This document shows, one piece after another, positions 47,052-60,170 of a stretch of DNA of 64,000 nucleotides. Origin of the DNA: Anthoceros angustus (taxonomy: Eukaryota > Plantae > Anthocerotophyta). Within the stretch, counting starts at the first letter, position 1. The number at the start of each line of letters is the position of its first letter. The stretch is from contig MU008163.1 of assembly GCA_010909165.1 (NCBI GenBank), forward strand, positions 1,798,001-1,862,000, given 5' to 3'. A program made the translations under genes and the position numbers. The notes beneath the pieces were generated by a model that searched no databases, had not been told where the DNA came from, and worked only from the letters and a program-made list of their open reading frames with translations.

Positions 47052-49859
47052 TTACACGCCGCAGTCAGCTTCTGGCTGAGAGGGATCCTGCTTATCCCCA
47101 ACCACGAAACTGTGCACCAGACCGTCCATGTCTGTCCACCAGGTCTGACCTGGTTCCTTCCATGCCCTGGTTGTTGTTCTCATGGCCTGGATCTCCTGTG
47201 CGTGCTCCCACATCTGCGCACCTGTATATATGCTCGTCATCAACACATAAGCTGCGGCATCTTTTTGGTCTAGCTTCACTGCTGCGTTGAAAGCATGCCG
47301 TGCAACCTCCACGTTGCCCCACTTTCGACACGCAGCTAACAGCGTGTGCCACACTGCAGTGTCAGGCACTTCATCCATAGTGCTCACCAAAGCCAGTGCT
47401 TCATCCAGTTGGCCTGCCCGGCCAAGAAGATCCACCATGCAGGTGTAGTGTTCAACTGTGGGCGGGATGCCGTAATGTTTGGTCATTGCATCAAAGTATT
47501 CTCTGCCCGTTTTTACTAGACCTGCATGACTGCAGACTGTGAGGACACTCAGGAATGTGATGCCGACTGGCTGAATGCCATCCTCTTTCATTCCTTGGAC
47601 CAAGTCAAGGACCACTTCACTGTCTCCTTGACAGGTGTAGCCTGCAATCAGTGCACTCCAGGTCACAGCGTCTCTGTCGAGCAATGTATCAAAAACATGC
47701 TGTGCATCAACCATACTCCCGCACTTTCCATACATGTTTATCAAACTTCCAGCTACAAACACATCAGCGTGAAGCCCTTGTTCTTCAATCCGCGCATGCA
47801 GCTGCCGTCCCAGATGCAACGCTGCCACATTAGCACAGGCCTGCAGAAGGCAGACAAACGTCACAGAGTTGGGTGCAGCCATGCGCTCTTCTTGCATAGC
47901 AGAGTAGAGACGAAGGGCTTCCTGGCCCGAGCCCTGCTGGGAATACCCTGCTATCAGAGCATTCCATGTCACCACATCTTTTTGACCAAGTTCGTCAAAC
48001 ACACACTGAGCATCGTCTAGGCTGCCACACTTTGCGTACATGTTTATCAAGCTGCTGGCGAGAAACACATCAGCCTGAAGATCTAGTTCTCTCATCTGCG
48101 CGTGGAGCTGCCTCCCGTGCTCCAAAGCTGGGTAACCCACACTTGCACATGCCTGCAGGAGGCACACAAAGGTCACAGAATCGGGTACAGTCATCCCAAC
48201 TTCTTGCATGGCACTGTAATGGCGAAGAGCCTCCTGGCCCATGCCCTGCTGAGAACACCCTGCTATTATGGCATTCCACGTTACCACATCTTTTTGACTT
48301 AGACCTTCAAAAACTCTTTGAGCGTCTTCTAGGCTGCCACACTTTGCGTACATGTTAACCAAACTGTTGGCTACAAAAACATCAGCTTGGTGTCCATGTT
48401 CTCTTATATGTGCATGAAGCTGCTTCCCCTTCTCCAAAGCTGGGGTGCCCACGCTTGCACATGCCTGCAGGAGGCACACATACGTCACAGAATCGGGTAC
48501 AGTGATGCCTTCATCTTGCATAGAGCTGTAGAGCCCAAGGGCCTCCTGCCCCATGCCCTGATGGGAGTACCCTGATATCATGGCATTCCAAGTTACCACA
48601 GCTTTTTTTTCGAGTCCATCAAACAGTCTCTGCGCGTCTTCCAAGCTGCCACACTTTGCATACATGTGCACCAAACTGTTGACTACAAAAATATTGCCTT
48701 GAAGCCCTTGTTCTCTGATTTGTGCATGAAGATGCTTCCCTTTCTCCAACGCCAGGGTGCCCACACTGGCACATGCCTGCGTGAGGCAGACAAATGTCAC
48801 AGCATCGGGGACAGCCGTACCATCTTCTTGCATAGCACTGTATAGACGGAGAGCTTCCTGGCCGAGGCCCTGCTGCGAATACCCCGCTATCATGGCATTC
48901 CACGTTACCACATCTCTTTGACGAAGTCTATCAAACACTCTTCGAGCTTCTTCCAAGTTGCCACACTTGGCGTACATGTCTACCAAGCTGTTGGTTACAA
49001 CCACATCACCTTCATGCCCTCGTTCTTTTATCTTCGCATGGAGCTGCCTCCCCTTCTCCAAAGCCGAAGTACCCACACTTGCGCATGCCTGTAGAAGGCA
49101 CACGAACGTCACTGAATCAGGTGTAACGATCCCTTCTTCTTCCATGGCACTGTCCAGACGAAGAGCTTCTTGGCCCATGCCGTTCTGAGAATACCCTGCT
49201 ATCATGGCATTCCACGTCACCACGTTTTTCTCACCAAGACCATCAAATACAACCTTAGCATCCTCTAAGCTGCCACACTTGGCATACATGTCCACCAAGC
49301 CACTACCAAGGAACAAGTTAGGCTCAATGCCACTAGCCAACACATCAGCATGCACCTGCTGACCAGTTTGCAAGTCTGATCCCTTTGCACAGGCCTGAAG
49401 GGCTGCCACAAACACATGCCCATCTGGCTTCCCATTTGTCTCCCGCATCTGATGATACAGTTGTATCCCCTGCCTGTACTGTCCGTGTCTGACATGCGCA
49501 GAAATGATAGAAGACCACATGAAGGCATCTGGCATGGCAACCATAGTGAACACATCAATTGCATCTTGCAACCTGCCATGGGAGACATACATTCGCAGGA
49601 TGTGGTTGCACAGAAAGGTGTCCGACTCATACCCCTTTCTTACCGTGAAAGCATGGACACGGCGACCAAGAATGAGATCCTTCCTCAATATACATTCCTT
49701 GAGGACGACATAGAGGAGACATTTGGAAATACAGCAGTCCGTCTGCACCAGAACTCCCAAGGCCTCAACGGCTTTAAACACATGGCCTTGATGACATAAC
49801 TTGCTCACGATTTCAGGCGTGACACGGAGCAAGCCTGAACTGCCTAAAGCCTGGAGCAT
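47052..49859 (-). CDS. PLS-class PPR protein with E and truncated E+, no DYW; tandem paralog of 43863-46787
   Basis: 935-aa ORF collinear with the neighbour from LC.QG.V..AVEALGVLVQ to PGQTWWTDMDGLVHSFVVGDK. Confidence 0.93.
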   Translation of the reverse strand: MLQALGSSGLLRVTPEIVSKLCHQGHVFKAVEALGVLVQTDCCISKCLLYVVLKECILRKDLILGRRVHAFTVRKGYESDTFLCNHILRMYVSHGRLQDAIDVFTMVAMPDAFMWSSIISAHVRHGQYRQGIQLYHQMRETNGKPDGHVFVAALQACAKGSDLQTGQQVHADVLASGIEPNLFLGSGLVDMYAKCGSLEDAKVVFDGLGEKNVVTWNAMIAGYSQNGMGQEALRLDSAMEEEGIVTPDSVTFVCLLQACASVGTSALEKGRQLHAKIKERGHEGDVVVTNSLVDMYAKCGNLEEARRVFDRLRQRDVVTWNAMIAGYSQQGLGQEALRLYSAMQEDGTAVPDAVTFVCLTQACASVGTLALEKGKHLHAQIREQGLQGNIFVVNSLVHMYAKCGSLEDAQRLFDGLEKKAVVTWNAMISGYSHQGMGQEALGLYSSMQDEGITVPDSVTYVCLLQACASVGTPALEKGKQLHAHIREHGHQADVFVANSLVNMYAKCGSLEDAQRVFEGLSQKDVVTWNAIIAGCSQQGMGQEALRHYSAMQEVGMTVPDSVTFVCLLQACASVGYPALEHGRQLHAQMRELDLQADVFLASSLINMYAKCGSLDDAQCVFDELGQKDVVTWNALIAGYSQQGSGQEALRLYSAMQEERMAAPNSVTFVCLLQACANVAALHLGRQLHARIEEQGLHADVFVAGSLINMYGKCGSMVDAQHVFDTLLDRDAVTWSALIAGYTCQGDSEVVLDLVQGMKEDGIQPVGITFLSVLTVCSHAGLVKTGREYFDAMTKHYGIPPTVEHYTCMVDLLGRAGQLDEALALVSTMDEVPDTAVWHTLLAACRKWGNVEVARHAFNAAVKLDQKDAAAYVLMTSIYTGAQMWEHAQEIQAMRTTTRAWKEPGQTWWTDMDGLVHSFVVGDKQDPSQPEADCGV

Positions 49860-50110
49860 GACACTGTAAGGCTTGAAGACATGAAATCCAGCTTGAAGGT
49901 CGGGGAAGCATGAGGAACCAGTGTACGGATTTCGCCCTCGAGTCTCTGCCGTGACAACGCACTAACCCTACGAACGAACCAGACGGATCCTGTGAGACAA
50001 GAATTTGGCATTCCAAAATCCATAGCTTCTCCGTCATTTCAATCCAATACTTGTTGGACACGCAGAGATTCAACACCGGTATACTGCCTGGTAGTTGAGA
50101 TGGGACGAGG

Positions 50111-53100
50111 ATGTTAATGGCACGGGTTTTTTCTCCCCCTCTCCCTGTATCTTGGCAATCTAGGCTCCCACCAGGCAGGGTTCGAACTGTCTACGCATGG
50201 GCGAGACAATTGCTGTTTACGGGTCCTCAGCTTCCTTGCCGAGCGATTGGATCAGAAATACTCTGCATTAGCTCCTTTGACTCCGAGAATTTCTCTCCGT
50301 TGCTGGATTTTTCAGCCAGATTCTCGTCGGCGAGGAGGGGAAACAGGTGGCCTCGACTGAACCAAGGGCACTCTCAGGCAGGAGGTTTCACGATGGAAAT
50401 CCAGGACACTGTGAAGTTGACCGCGACAGAGGGGATAATTTTCAACAAGCTGCTGGCCACACTGCGCCACAATCAGCTCAACACTCAACTTCGTGTAGCG
50501 GGTGGATGGGTCCGCGACAAGGTTGGTTCCCAATGTAGTAGCTGGGGTGCGTGATGCCCAAGGTGTGTCACAGACGAGCAGTGTGTTTCAAGGTTTTGGA
50601 AGTAGCTTTTCTGCTCATCTCTGACTGGTTAGGCTGTCAGCTGTTGGGAAAACACTCGACAGATATCGATATCGCATTGGACAACATGCTGGGGAGCCAT
50701 TTTTGTGAGAAAGTGAATGAGTACTTGAAGAGTATTGGTGAACAAGAACGAGAGTTCTGTGTGATAAAAAGGTATGATTTTGCTTCTTGTCTGTTCTCTG
50801 TAAGCTCCCATTCACGTGAACGTGTTCTAGAGAATCCGAAGGTGTTGAAGTACCTGCTGTGGAATGGTACAGCAATCCTGAGCAGTCCAAACATCTGGAG
50901 GCTGCCCACATGCGGTTACATGGAGTTGCCATTGACTTTGTGAATCTCCGAGCCGAGGCTTACACAGAAAGCAGTCGCATCCCAAGCATGGTGTGATTTT
51001 GGCCATGGTTGCTTTTTTTTTATTATTGATCTCAAATGAACTGAAAGCAAATGGCTGCTCTTTCTGCCCACCGGTAGCACCTGCTAAACCTTGTACATAT
51101 CGGCTGATTTTTTCTGGGCGCTCCGTTCCTTGTTGCAGACGTTTGGAACTGCTGAGGAAGATGCCTTTAGACGGGATTTAACAATAAACAGGTGTGCTTC
51201 TGTGGGATAGAGAGTTGTTTCACAGCTGCCTGAGAGTTGTTTCGCAGCTGCCTGATAGTTGTTTCACAGTTTGTTAAAACGGCAGTGAAGAGAGAGAGTT
51301 GAGGAATTGTGGCTGGTTCTCAAGAAGGTTTCAACTCTTGACGTGTTCTCTTGATGCATGTCCGTATCTTTACTGTGGTTTCTGATATGAGGTGTTTCAT
51401 GGGTGTGTCTGGTTGTTCGACAGTCTATTCTATAATATCAACACCGGTACTGTCGAGGACTTCACTAAACGAGGTCGATATTGAATTGCCAGAGATTCTT
51501 TTAGCAATCTCTTTTCTGTGGGCTTGTCTGAAAATTTTGCTTAATATAGGACTTCAAGATCTGAAGGATGGAGTCATTGCAACACCTCTCCCTCCACTCT
51601 GCACATTTTTGGATGATCCGCTTCGTGTGTTAAGGGCAGTCCGTTTCGGTATGTCCTGTATGTCCTCCTTACTTGGTCTTCAAAGGCTGAAGACACTACA
51701 GACTTTTCACGATTTTCTGTTCAATTGACTCAGGAGCACGGTTTGATTATGAGCTCAATGAAGAGTTGAAACATGCAGCAGCATCAGAAGACGTGAAAGT
51801 AGCCCTCGGGAACAAAGTCAGTCGAGAACGCATTGGCACCGAGGTACTTTGGGTTTTTGCTTGCTGGTGTTGTCTGTGTCGTTTAAACAGATCTGCATGT
51901 GTTTTGACACTGGAATGGCCGCAGATCGATCTGATGTTGAAGGGCAACAATCCCGTCAAAGCCATGCGCCAACTGGCAGATCTGAAACTTTTTCCAACTA
52001 TTTTCAGTCCTCCTGTTCCTGTAAAAACTGACTTCCGGATCAGTGAAGACTTTGGATGGTGTGTCTCACGGACCTCAATGCTGAGAAGTTGTGCCCCATG
52101 ACTTGTCTGAGGGTGTCTTGTTGCTGACAGCTCATGTGTGGAACATCTACAAGAAGTGGTGGAGGTGCTTAAAGGGTTCGGCTCCTTGAAGTTGAATGTA
52201 AGTATGACTCTTTAATGTAAAATGTGGTCATCTGAATTCGCAGTGAGCGTCTTGGGAATATGCATCCATGTTGCCCTTCAACAGGAGTATGGCTGCCAAG
52301 TACCCACTCACAATATCTGACATAGTCTGACTTACAATGAGTCATATCTACCTCTGAACTTTGACCTGCAGTTAGTTCAGCAAAGGATATGTCTACTCAG
52401 TGCCCTTCTCTTCCCGCTCCATGGAGTCGTGTCACAGGATGCCAAAGGCAAGCCGGTAAGTGTTTTCTATCTCTGTCAATACGTATGCCAAACATTAGAA
52501 TTTTTGTGGTACTAGAGAAACACACCCACGTGGGTTCCCCCGTCTCTTGACTTTCAGATTCCATTGACAACCACGGTAATAAGGGAATCACTGAAGCTGA
52601 AGGCCAAAGATGCTGAGGAAGTATGTAGCGTTTGATGTGCTTCATGAACTTTTGTTTTCTTCGTCCATGCCTTTGTGGCTCATTTAACCCTTGGAACTGC
52701 AGATTTTTGCATTACATGCTGCCGCTGTGGGCTTTGAATCTCTCAGCACAGATCTTGAAAACGAATCTGATGTTGGTCGAGATGGAGATTTTGATGCCCC
52801 GTCCCTTGCCTCTAAGCAGCGAGTGAAAGCTGGTTAGTGCGCTCATGTGTTTTCAACTTGTAGCTGGAGAGTTGTTTCATAGCAGTTAAAGTCTTTCATC
52901 ATCTCTGACATGAACACCGTTTGCAACTCCACAGGTCTGCTTTTGAGAGAGATCAAAGATCTTTGGCGTGTGGCTTTGTTACTTTCATCACTGTTGTATA
53001 AGGGACCCATTGTGGGTAATGTGGAGAACCCAAGCTTGTCACAATTGAAGAAAAGTTTGGCAACTGAAGGCAGAGTACAACGCTGTCTCGACATTGAGAA

Positions 53101-53570
53101 AAGAATAACAAGCTTGGGTATGTTGGGTTTCTCGAGTGTCTAATACTTGTCATGCTTATTGTATGGTAAAGTCAAAGACGCCCATGAAGAATTACCCACA
53201 AGACAAACTTGCTATTGGATTTTGTGATTGTGGTAGGGTTGGAGAAGGTATGGGAGGTGAAACCATTGCTTGATGGAAGGGCAGTGATGAACTTACTTGG
53301 GTTGAAGTCCGGTGGCCCCCAAGTGAAGGCATGGGTGAGGACAAGGGTTTAGCAGAGTTACCGTTTTGTGTTCTTCTATTGACTCTCAGACTTTGGTTTG
53401 TGCTTTAACTCATGGGTCCCATGACCGTGCCTGATCTCCCCCTTATTTTACCTGGGCAGATGGAGCGGATGATAATGTGGCAGCTTGCCAATCCTGATGG
53501 AACCGCTGAGGATTGCACAGATTGGTTTCAAGAGGAGTTGCAGACCTCAAAACGCATCAGAGTATCTTGA
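50111..53570 (+). CDS. CCA-adding tRNA nucleotidyltransferase, multi-exon, with an N-terminal organellar targeting extension
   Basis: LRVAGGWVRDK|LLGKHSTDIDIALDNM, NPEQSKHLEAA, DFVNLRAE, EDAFRRDLTIN, TFLDDPLRVLRAVRF, KVSRERIGTE; last exon ...MWQLANPDGTAEDC...RIRVS*. Confidence 0.95.
51210..51270. repeat. 22-bp intronic tandem repeat x3
   Basis: gagagttgtttcacagctgcct gagagttgtttcgcagctgcct gatagttgtttcacagtt. Confidence 0.8.
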
Positions 53571-55599
53571 CGATAATCGTCCTTCAACTTAACAGCCAGT
53601 CTGCAGTGGGAGGCTATTCTCGTCATTACATTCGCGACAGATACGGGAAGGTTCTCAAAAAATTGGTACAGCTCCCCACGGTCATCAGCTCCTGAAGCTC
53701 ATCAGAACCTTCTGCGACTGACATCATGGGCAGCAAGGCCCCACGTGTTTGTGCACATCTTCATGATGCTGCCTTGCTCCACGGTATCTGAGAAGGCCTA
53801 TCGAGGTTTGGTTGAGTTTGATTCAGGCTCTGCCGTCCTGCCTTCCTTGCTGCCTTGTCACTTCGGAAGAGCAGGCCTCGGTCAGCAACATGCCATGTTT
53901 GATGGCGGCAACTTCCACGTTACTTTGCTGTGTACAGCGGGTGTGTACTCGAAGAATTCAACAGAGGTTTACAACAATGCCAGAGTGCAAGTCGAACGGA
54001 GTTAAAAGACCCAATGTTGCATTCTAACTGATAAATCTCTGTGTAAAGAGATGAGGAATGACTTGAGAATCGTAGTAAGTCGATCCCTGGCAGATCTCCG
54101 AGGGATGTGCGGCTGTGGGAAAGGAAGCGAACGCTCGTCCAGCAACTCCCTCACCTCTCCAGAATTTCAGCATTATGTGTCTCCAAATGAAAGAGCCTCT
54201 GTACATGCCCTTTCCAATTTCATGTTTGTCGTTGCGTTAAGAGAAACGACAAAGATGCACGCACCTTCAAAGGTATTGCTGAAGTTGCAGGCCAGCTTTA
54301 CCGGAGCACGTCGACGAGGTGGTTACCCCTGAAGGCTGACGGCCGGATGAGAAGCTCCAAAGAATATGGGATGGTCTCTCGGATCGATGTTAGATTGAAT
54401 ATGAGAGGCAGCTACGGATTGAGCGTCTCACTGCAGCTGCCTGGCAGCCGCAATTGCGACTCTTCTACACTGACCTTGGATTCAACTATTACTCACGCTC
54501 ATGGGCGCAAACCAACCATAGCATAGCTCCGTTTTATACACTGGGGTCTTGCTACTGATATGCTTCACACTGCCCTGTCCTTTTGAGATTGCTTGCAAGC
54601 GCTTCAGGCCGGTCCTGCCAAGTAAAGATGTGTGAGTTTATCGCCTCGACAGGACCAAAACCGTTGCCCAAATTGCAGATGTCTTCACATGCCTGGGTGG
54701 CACGCTAATATATCACCGATCTCTCTGGTTCTGTCAACACCCTCCTGCGAAGCCGAGCTGGTGGGACATAGCGTTTTCAACGTTCAGTGTCCGATGATGT
54801 CGATGAGTGAGGAGAGCTTAGTATGATAAAAGCCTGCTGCCATTGCCGCAACTGCAATCGATGATACCAAGGCCCTGATCAAACAGTCTACCACATTTGA
54901 AGTTCATTCGGTCCACATACATGCAATGCAATCGAAAGGAAAGCAGCGTTCAGCAGGTTACCTGATAACCTAATTTCACCCTAAACCCATCCTTGCTCTG
55001 CATTATACCCTTCCTGTACTCCTCGCCCATCCACAGTGCAGAATCTCTCCTTTGCCTTCCTACCGGCAGGGAAAGGAGAATGAAAAATACAGCGGAAGCG
55101 ACGGAAGGACGGAAGAGAATATAGAAGAAGTGATTTCCGGGACGGGGGAGTGGACGAAACAAGAAAGCTGGAGGACGTCATGCTCGGGTGTAAGGAAAAA
55201 AGAAGGCGGCGAGGAATCTGCGAGTGGCAGATCCCCGACCTGGATCCTGAGCGTGGTCTGGCCATACTCGCCTCCAGATTCTCCACCGGAAAAAGGAACG
55301 CCGGCCGAGCTCCCGGCTCTGCCGTGCAGGCGGCCGGCACCCGTTTAACCTGCTCGAGTTCCAACCTGGCTACAGCTGCAGGCCATCGCGTCTATGTCTC
55401 CCAGCAGCCGTGTCTCTCCGAACAAGGTCGTTCGCGCACTCGATCGGCATTGGCATTGGCACTAGCACTGGAACTGGCAATGCGCTTGCTGCGGCACCGG
55501 CGCATGCTATAGCGCTGCGCGAGCCACGCCCGAGTCCGCACGGGTCAGGTCAGTTGGGCCGGACTGAGTGATCCCCGCGGAATCGGCAAGCAACCAAAC

Positions 55600-58203
55600 A
55601 TGGTACGTTCCAGAATTGAAAGGAGCAGAAGAGGAAGGAAAGAAAGAATGGAGGATGGAAGGATGGAAGAAAGGAAGGAGTGTTGGAAGGTCGATGGTGA
55701 TGTTGGGTTGTGCAGACTTGTAATGTTGAGTCTGGTGATGTGTGCACGTGTAGGAGGTGCTGACGAGCCCGCTTGCGAGTCCCGTGCCGGACCCGGCGCC
55801 GAGGGATGGCGCTGGCAATGGGATCTGGGAGAAGGACAGGGTTGCGTGCTTCGTGACCGACGGGTCTGTGTGTCTTCGGGGCCGGCCTTCCAACAAGTTC
55901 AAAACGGGGTCGTGGAGGTCGGCGGGCTTTCTCTACGGTATGCATGCATTTCATTGATTGATTGATTGATTGATTGAAGAAGCAAACGATGGGTAGATGG
56001 ATTACTGCATGAATGCCCGCATTGGGTGTTAAGGATTCGATCGAGTATATCCATGCTCCATGATGAATTGGGTGACGGTAGACTGTGGATGACTCTCGAT
56101 TGATGATCAATGCAAGCACGCGGAGTATGGTGAAACGTGACTGCAGTCCTGTGGAATTGGTGGTGGCAGGGGTTACGTTCACCGACATGGTGACGATCAT
56201 CGGAGTGTCAGCCAACTTGTTCTCCTACCTGCTCTTCACCATGCACTTGTTGCCGGCCGAGGCAGCCAACATCGTGACGAACTTCATGGGCGTCACCTAC
56301 CTGCTGCCCTTCTTCTGGGCCTTCGTGTCCGACGCCTACCTGGGCCGATTCCTGACCATTTCCTTGTCCGTCACCATCGGTCTTGCTGTAAGAATTATTA
56401 AACGGGATCTGAAGCTCTGTTATTGGAATTCCTTGGTTTCTGGATCTCCACTGGATGTCGGCAGTGAGCTGATGTACACCATGGTGCTGGTCATGATCAG
56501 GGCCTGGCTATCCTGACGGTGCAGTCTGCCACCAAGAACATGCTTCCTCCCCGGTGCGTGCAGTACCCCAACTGCCCCGCAACCGACCCCCATATCCTCA
56601 GATTGTTTCAAGCAGGCCTGTTCTTGCTCAGTGTTGGGTCAGCGGGACTCAAGCCCTGCATCGCATCGCTGGGGCAGGACCAGTTCGACGAGGGCGATCC
56701 TGTGGAGAAGGCGCAGTCCAAGCACTTCTTCACTGGGTTTTACGTCTTCATCAACCTCGGGGCTGTTGTTAGTGTCACCTTGATCACCTGGGCGTCCACG
56801 GTACAGTATAAGTGGGCCTTCCTTGCTCTCACCCTCTTTTCTGTTCTGGGCGCCCTTCTTTTCTTCTTGGGAACGCCCTTCTACCGGTGAGTGCATCATC
56901 AATATCTGAATTCAGGATTGTGTGCATCATCCTTCGCTTGTTAGACCAGACTGAGTCTGGCAGCAGGGGATTTTTTGTCCTGATGTTGCACCACCATGTT
57001 CTGTCATGTGGCCCAGGCACCAAAAGCCTGGAGGAAGCGCTTTCACTCAACTGGCTCAAGTGGGTGCAGCTGCTTTCTCAAACATTCAGCTTCCGTTGCC
57101 TGCAGACAGCTCCGAGCTCTACGAGCTGGATGACAAGGAACTGGCATTGAGAGGCATCCGGAAGGTTGCTCACACAGACAGGCTACGGTAATCTCACCAC
57201 CCCATGGCCAGGCACGCATGAAGTCGATGCCAAGGGCAAATCATGAAACGTTGCAGCTTGAATCATTCCAACACATGATAGGATAGTCGTGGCACCATGT
57301 GATGACAGATCTTAAGAAGCCGCTTCCCTGACTTTTGTGGTTGGCAGGTTCTTGGACAAGGCAGCCATCAGACAGGAAGGAGAGACAAGCAACTGGAAGC
57401 AGTGCACGGTGACGCAAGTGGAGAATCTGAAAACCATCATCCAGCTCCTCCCCATCTGGCTCACCAACATCGTGGTCTACACCCTCTTCGCCCAAGTTGT
57501 GTCCTTCACGCAGCAGCAAGGCATCAGCATGAACCGGCACATCGGCAAAGGCAACTTCGTCATCCCTGTTCCCTCCATCGCCATCTTCCTCATGGGAGCC
57601 GCATTCGTGTCGGTGGCAGTCTGGGAGACGGTGGTCAGGCCTGTGGCCAGGCGTTACACCGGCAACCCCCTGGGCTTCACCCACCTCCAGCGCATCGGGG
57701 TCGGCTTGGTGGCCGCCATCTTCTCCATGGTGGCCGCCGCCCTGGTTGAGAGCAGGAGGGTCAGCCTCATCAAAACGCACAACATCACGCCCGTGGAAAC
57801 CCAGATGGGACTGGTCCCCATGGCCATCTTCTGGCTGCTGCCGCAGTACATGATCCTGGGGTTCGTGGAGTTCGTCATCGGAGTTGCCCAGCTCAACTTC
57901 TTCTTCCAAGAGGTTCCCGACGGCATGAAGAGCATCGGCACCTCCTTCTACTTCACCGCTATCTCCATGGGCTACTTCTTCTCCAGCATTCTGGTGAACG
58001 TCGTGAACGCCTCCACCAAGAACTGGCACGGCGGCTGGCTCAGCATCGCCGGCCTCATGACCGGAGGCCTAGAATGGTTCTACTGGCTCCTGGCCGGCAT
58101 AGTTGCTGCCAGCACCACCCTCTTCATCCTCTTCGCCTACCTTTACGTCCCCAAGAAGGTGGCTGCTCCAGAACCTCTCGAGGAAACGGCCCATGCTCTC
58201 TAA
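55600..58203 (+). CDS. NPF: NRT1/PTR family (NPF) transporter, multi-exon
   Basis: VTDGSVCLRGRPSNKFKTGSWRSA, NIVTNFMGVTYLLPFFWAFVSDAYLGRF, GLKPCIASLGQDQFDE, RFLDKAAI, CTVTQVENLK, LQRIGVGL, WLLPQY, FFFQEVPDGMKS; the start ATG is inferred as an ATG-only first coding exon. Confidence 0.92.
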
Positions 58204-60170
58204 CCATCTCCTACACTTCTTCCACCTTCCAATCTTCCAACTTCCATCCTTCTGTCTTCCCGTCTAGCTATACCATCAAAGCACCCACAATGGTTGCACC
58301 ACCTACAAGTTCAACATTGACTCTTCGAAGCCAAGCATGGCCTAGCCTAGCCTTCCTTGCAAGCACACCATCCTCCATCCTCCATTGACTTAGATGTCAC
58401 CAACCTCACCTCCCTTCAGAGCAAAGTGGAAGTATGTAGCAGACTTTGCAAGCCTTCAAGCCCTGTGCCAGAAAACTCTTTCGGTAACTGGCTTTCAGAG
58501 CAAGCAGCTGTGTGTGCACTTTGCCACACTGCGGTCTCCGTTGTTTGCTGTACTATTCGCCCAAGTCAAGAAAACGTGCCATTGCTTTAAACCCACTTTC
58601 AAGCTCCTCTCTCCACTGCACTAATCCGATCTCTGAGCTGAGCTGCTGCCCCGGGCTTGTCTTACACTAGTCCAAGGTTGCACAATCCTGTACAGCCGCG
58701 GATGAGTGGCTTCAAAGCGACTGGCATATGTTTACCGTGGAACAAAAGGCTTGACTGAAAATGCTACATTATTCTCATTTCCAGCTTTCTAATGAAGAAT
58801 GCTAATCTGCTGTTTAGCAAACACGAGCCTGCAGGCGGAACTTGGAAGCCGTGAAGGTGAAGGCATCGACGCGACATCGCCATTGGTGCTTGTTGCTGTT
58901 GTGGTTCTGCAACTTGCAAGACACGTTCTGGACCAGGCCATGCCCGTCCGCTAAGGAACTGGCGGACTGGACCAGTCAGTGAAAAGGAACCAATCCGACA
59001 TCAATGTCCGAACCTGTGCACAGTTGACTCGTCACTCGGTCTACACGACCCAGGAAAACCCAAAACACGTCAATGTCTTGCCTCGTTTATTTATTATGAC
59101 TGCCTCGTGCTACTCTGCCCATGGCATGGCTATATAGTGTGTGCAGCTCAATCTCTTTTGCAAGTTCCCTTCCTACATACAGACAATCATGGGAAATGCA
59201 GAGCTTGCAAGCTCGACTTTCGCAGTGTTTTTTAGATGCTTATCGACTTTCGCAGTATTTGTTAGATGCTTAGAGATTGTACGCAGGAGTTGCTGTTACA
59301 GTGAGAGCGTTCAGGTTGCTTGTTTTTGTAATGGATTGGCCTTGGTTGGAGGAATTTACAGAATACAGAGCAAGTGGTTCAGAACGGTGGCTTTGATTTT
59401 CCTGAGATTTTCAGCAGTGGGCTCACACTTGCACAAACCGGTAGGTTGTGGGAGACGTTAGCCCATTGCTCAAAATTTCAGGAGAAGCAGAGTCATCTAT
59501 CCCCACCAAGCACACTGACAGACGACAACCAGAGCGGACTCAGCGAATTCGATGAGATTTCGGACGAAGTGATGGAAGCGGCTGTGATTATCTCGAGACT
59601 TTCAGCAGTGGGCGATATTCATCAATTCCAGTCTACGTCGAGCCATGGGTGGATGTCGAATGTTGCACACTGCTGGAAGTCTCAAGATACGCACAGTCAC
59701 TCGTTTCTAGCTTGAAGAAATGAAGAACAGAGCCTGAAGAAGAAGGAAGACTAGAACATGAAGAAAAGGAAGAACAGGGCCTGAGACAAGATTTTCAGCA
59801 TCCCATCAAGTGGCTTTTGAATTTGAACAAGCTAACAGGGAATGAGTCCTTTCAGGATTGCGACTTTCCATGTGGGTGATTTTCCATCAATCCTGTCAAG
59901 TGCACTTCCGGAGCAAGCTAACGGCAGAAGAAAGGAGCACTCGCATGTTCAAGAAATTCTAATTTTCTAGTCGGTGTGTTGCGATTTCAAACTTGAGCGG
60001 CAATGTTCTCTTTGAGACTTTCAGTGGTGGGCTGCTTCATCCAGCTGAAAGGCTAGAGGAATTGTGCCCAACACTGAACGTCCCAAAAGACGCAGTCTCT
60101 TTTCCCCGGCTACACATCCAGTCATCCAATAAGAGGCTTGAGCTGTTTGCTTCCACACTTTGATTTCCTT

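Noticed and set aside
53700-55512. Several 60-130-aa ORFs between the CCA and NPF genes
   Set aside because: No recognisable domains, consistent exon chain or miRNA-like hairpin that I could support.
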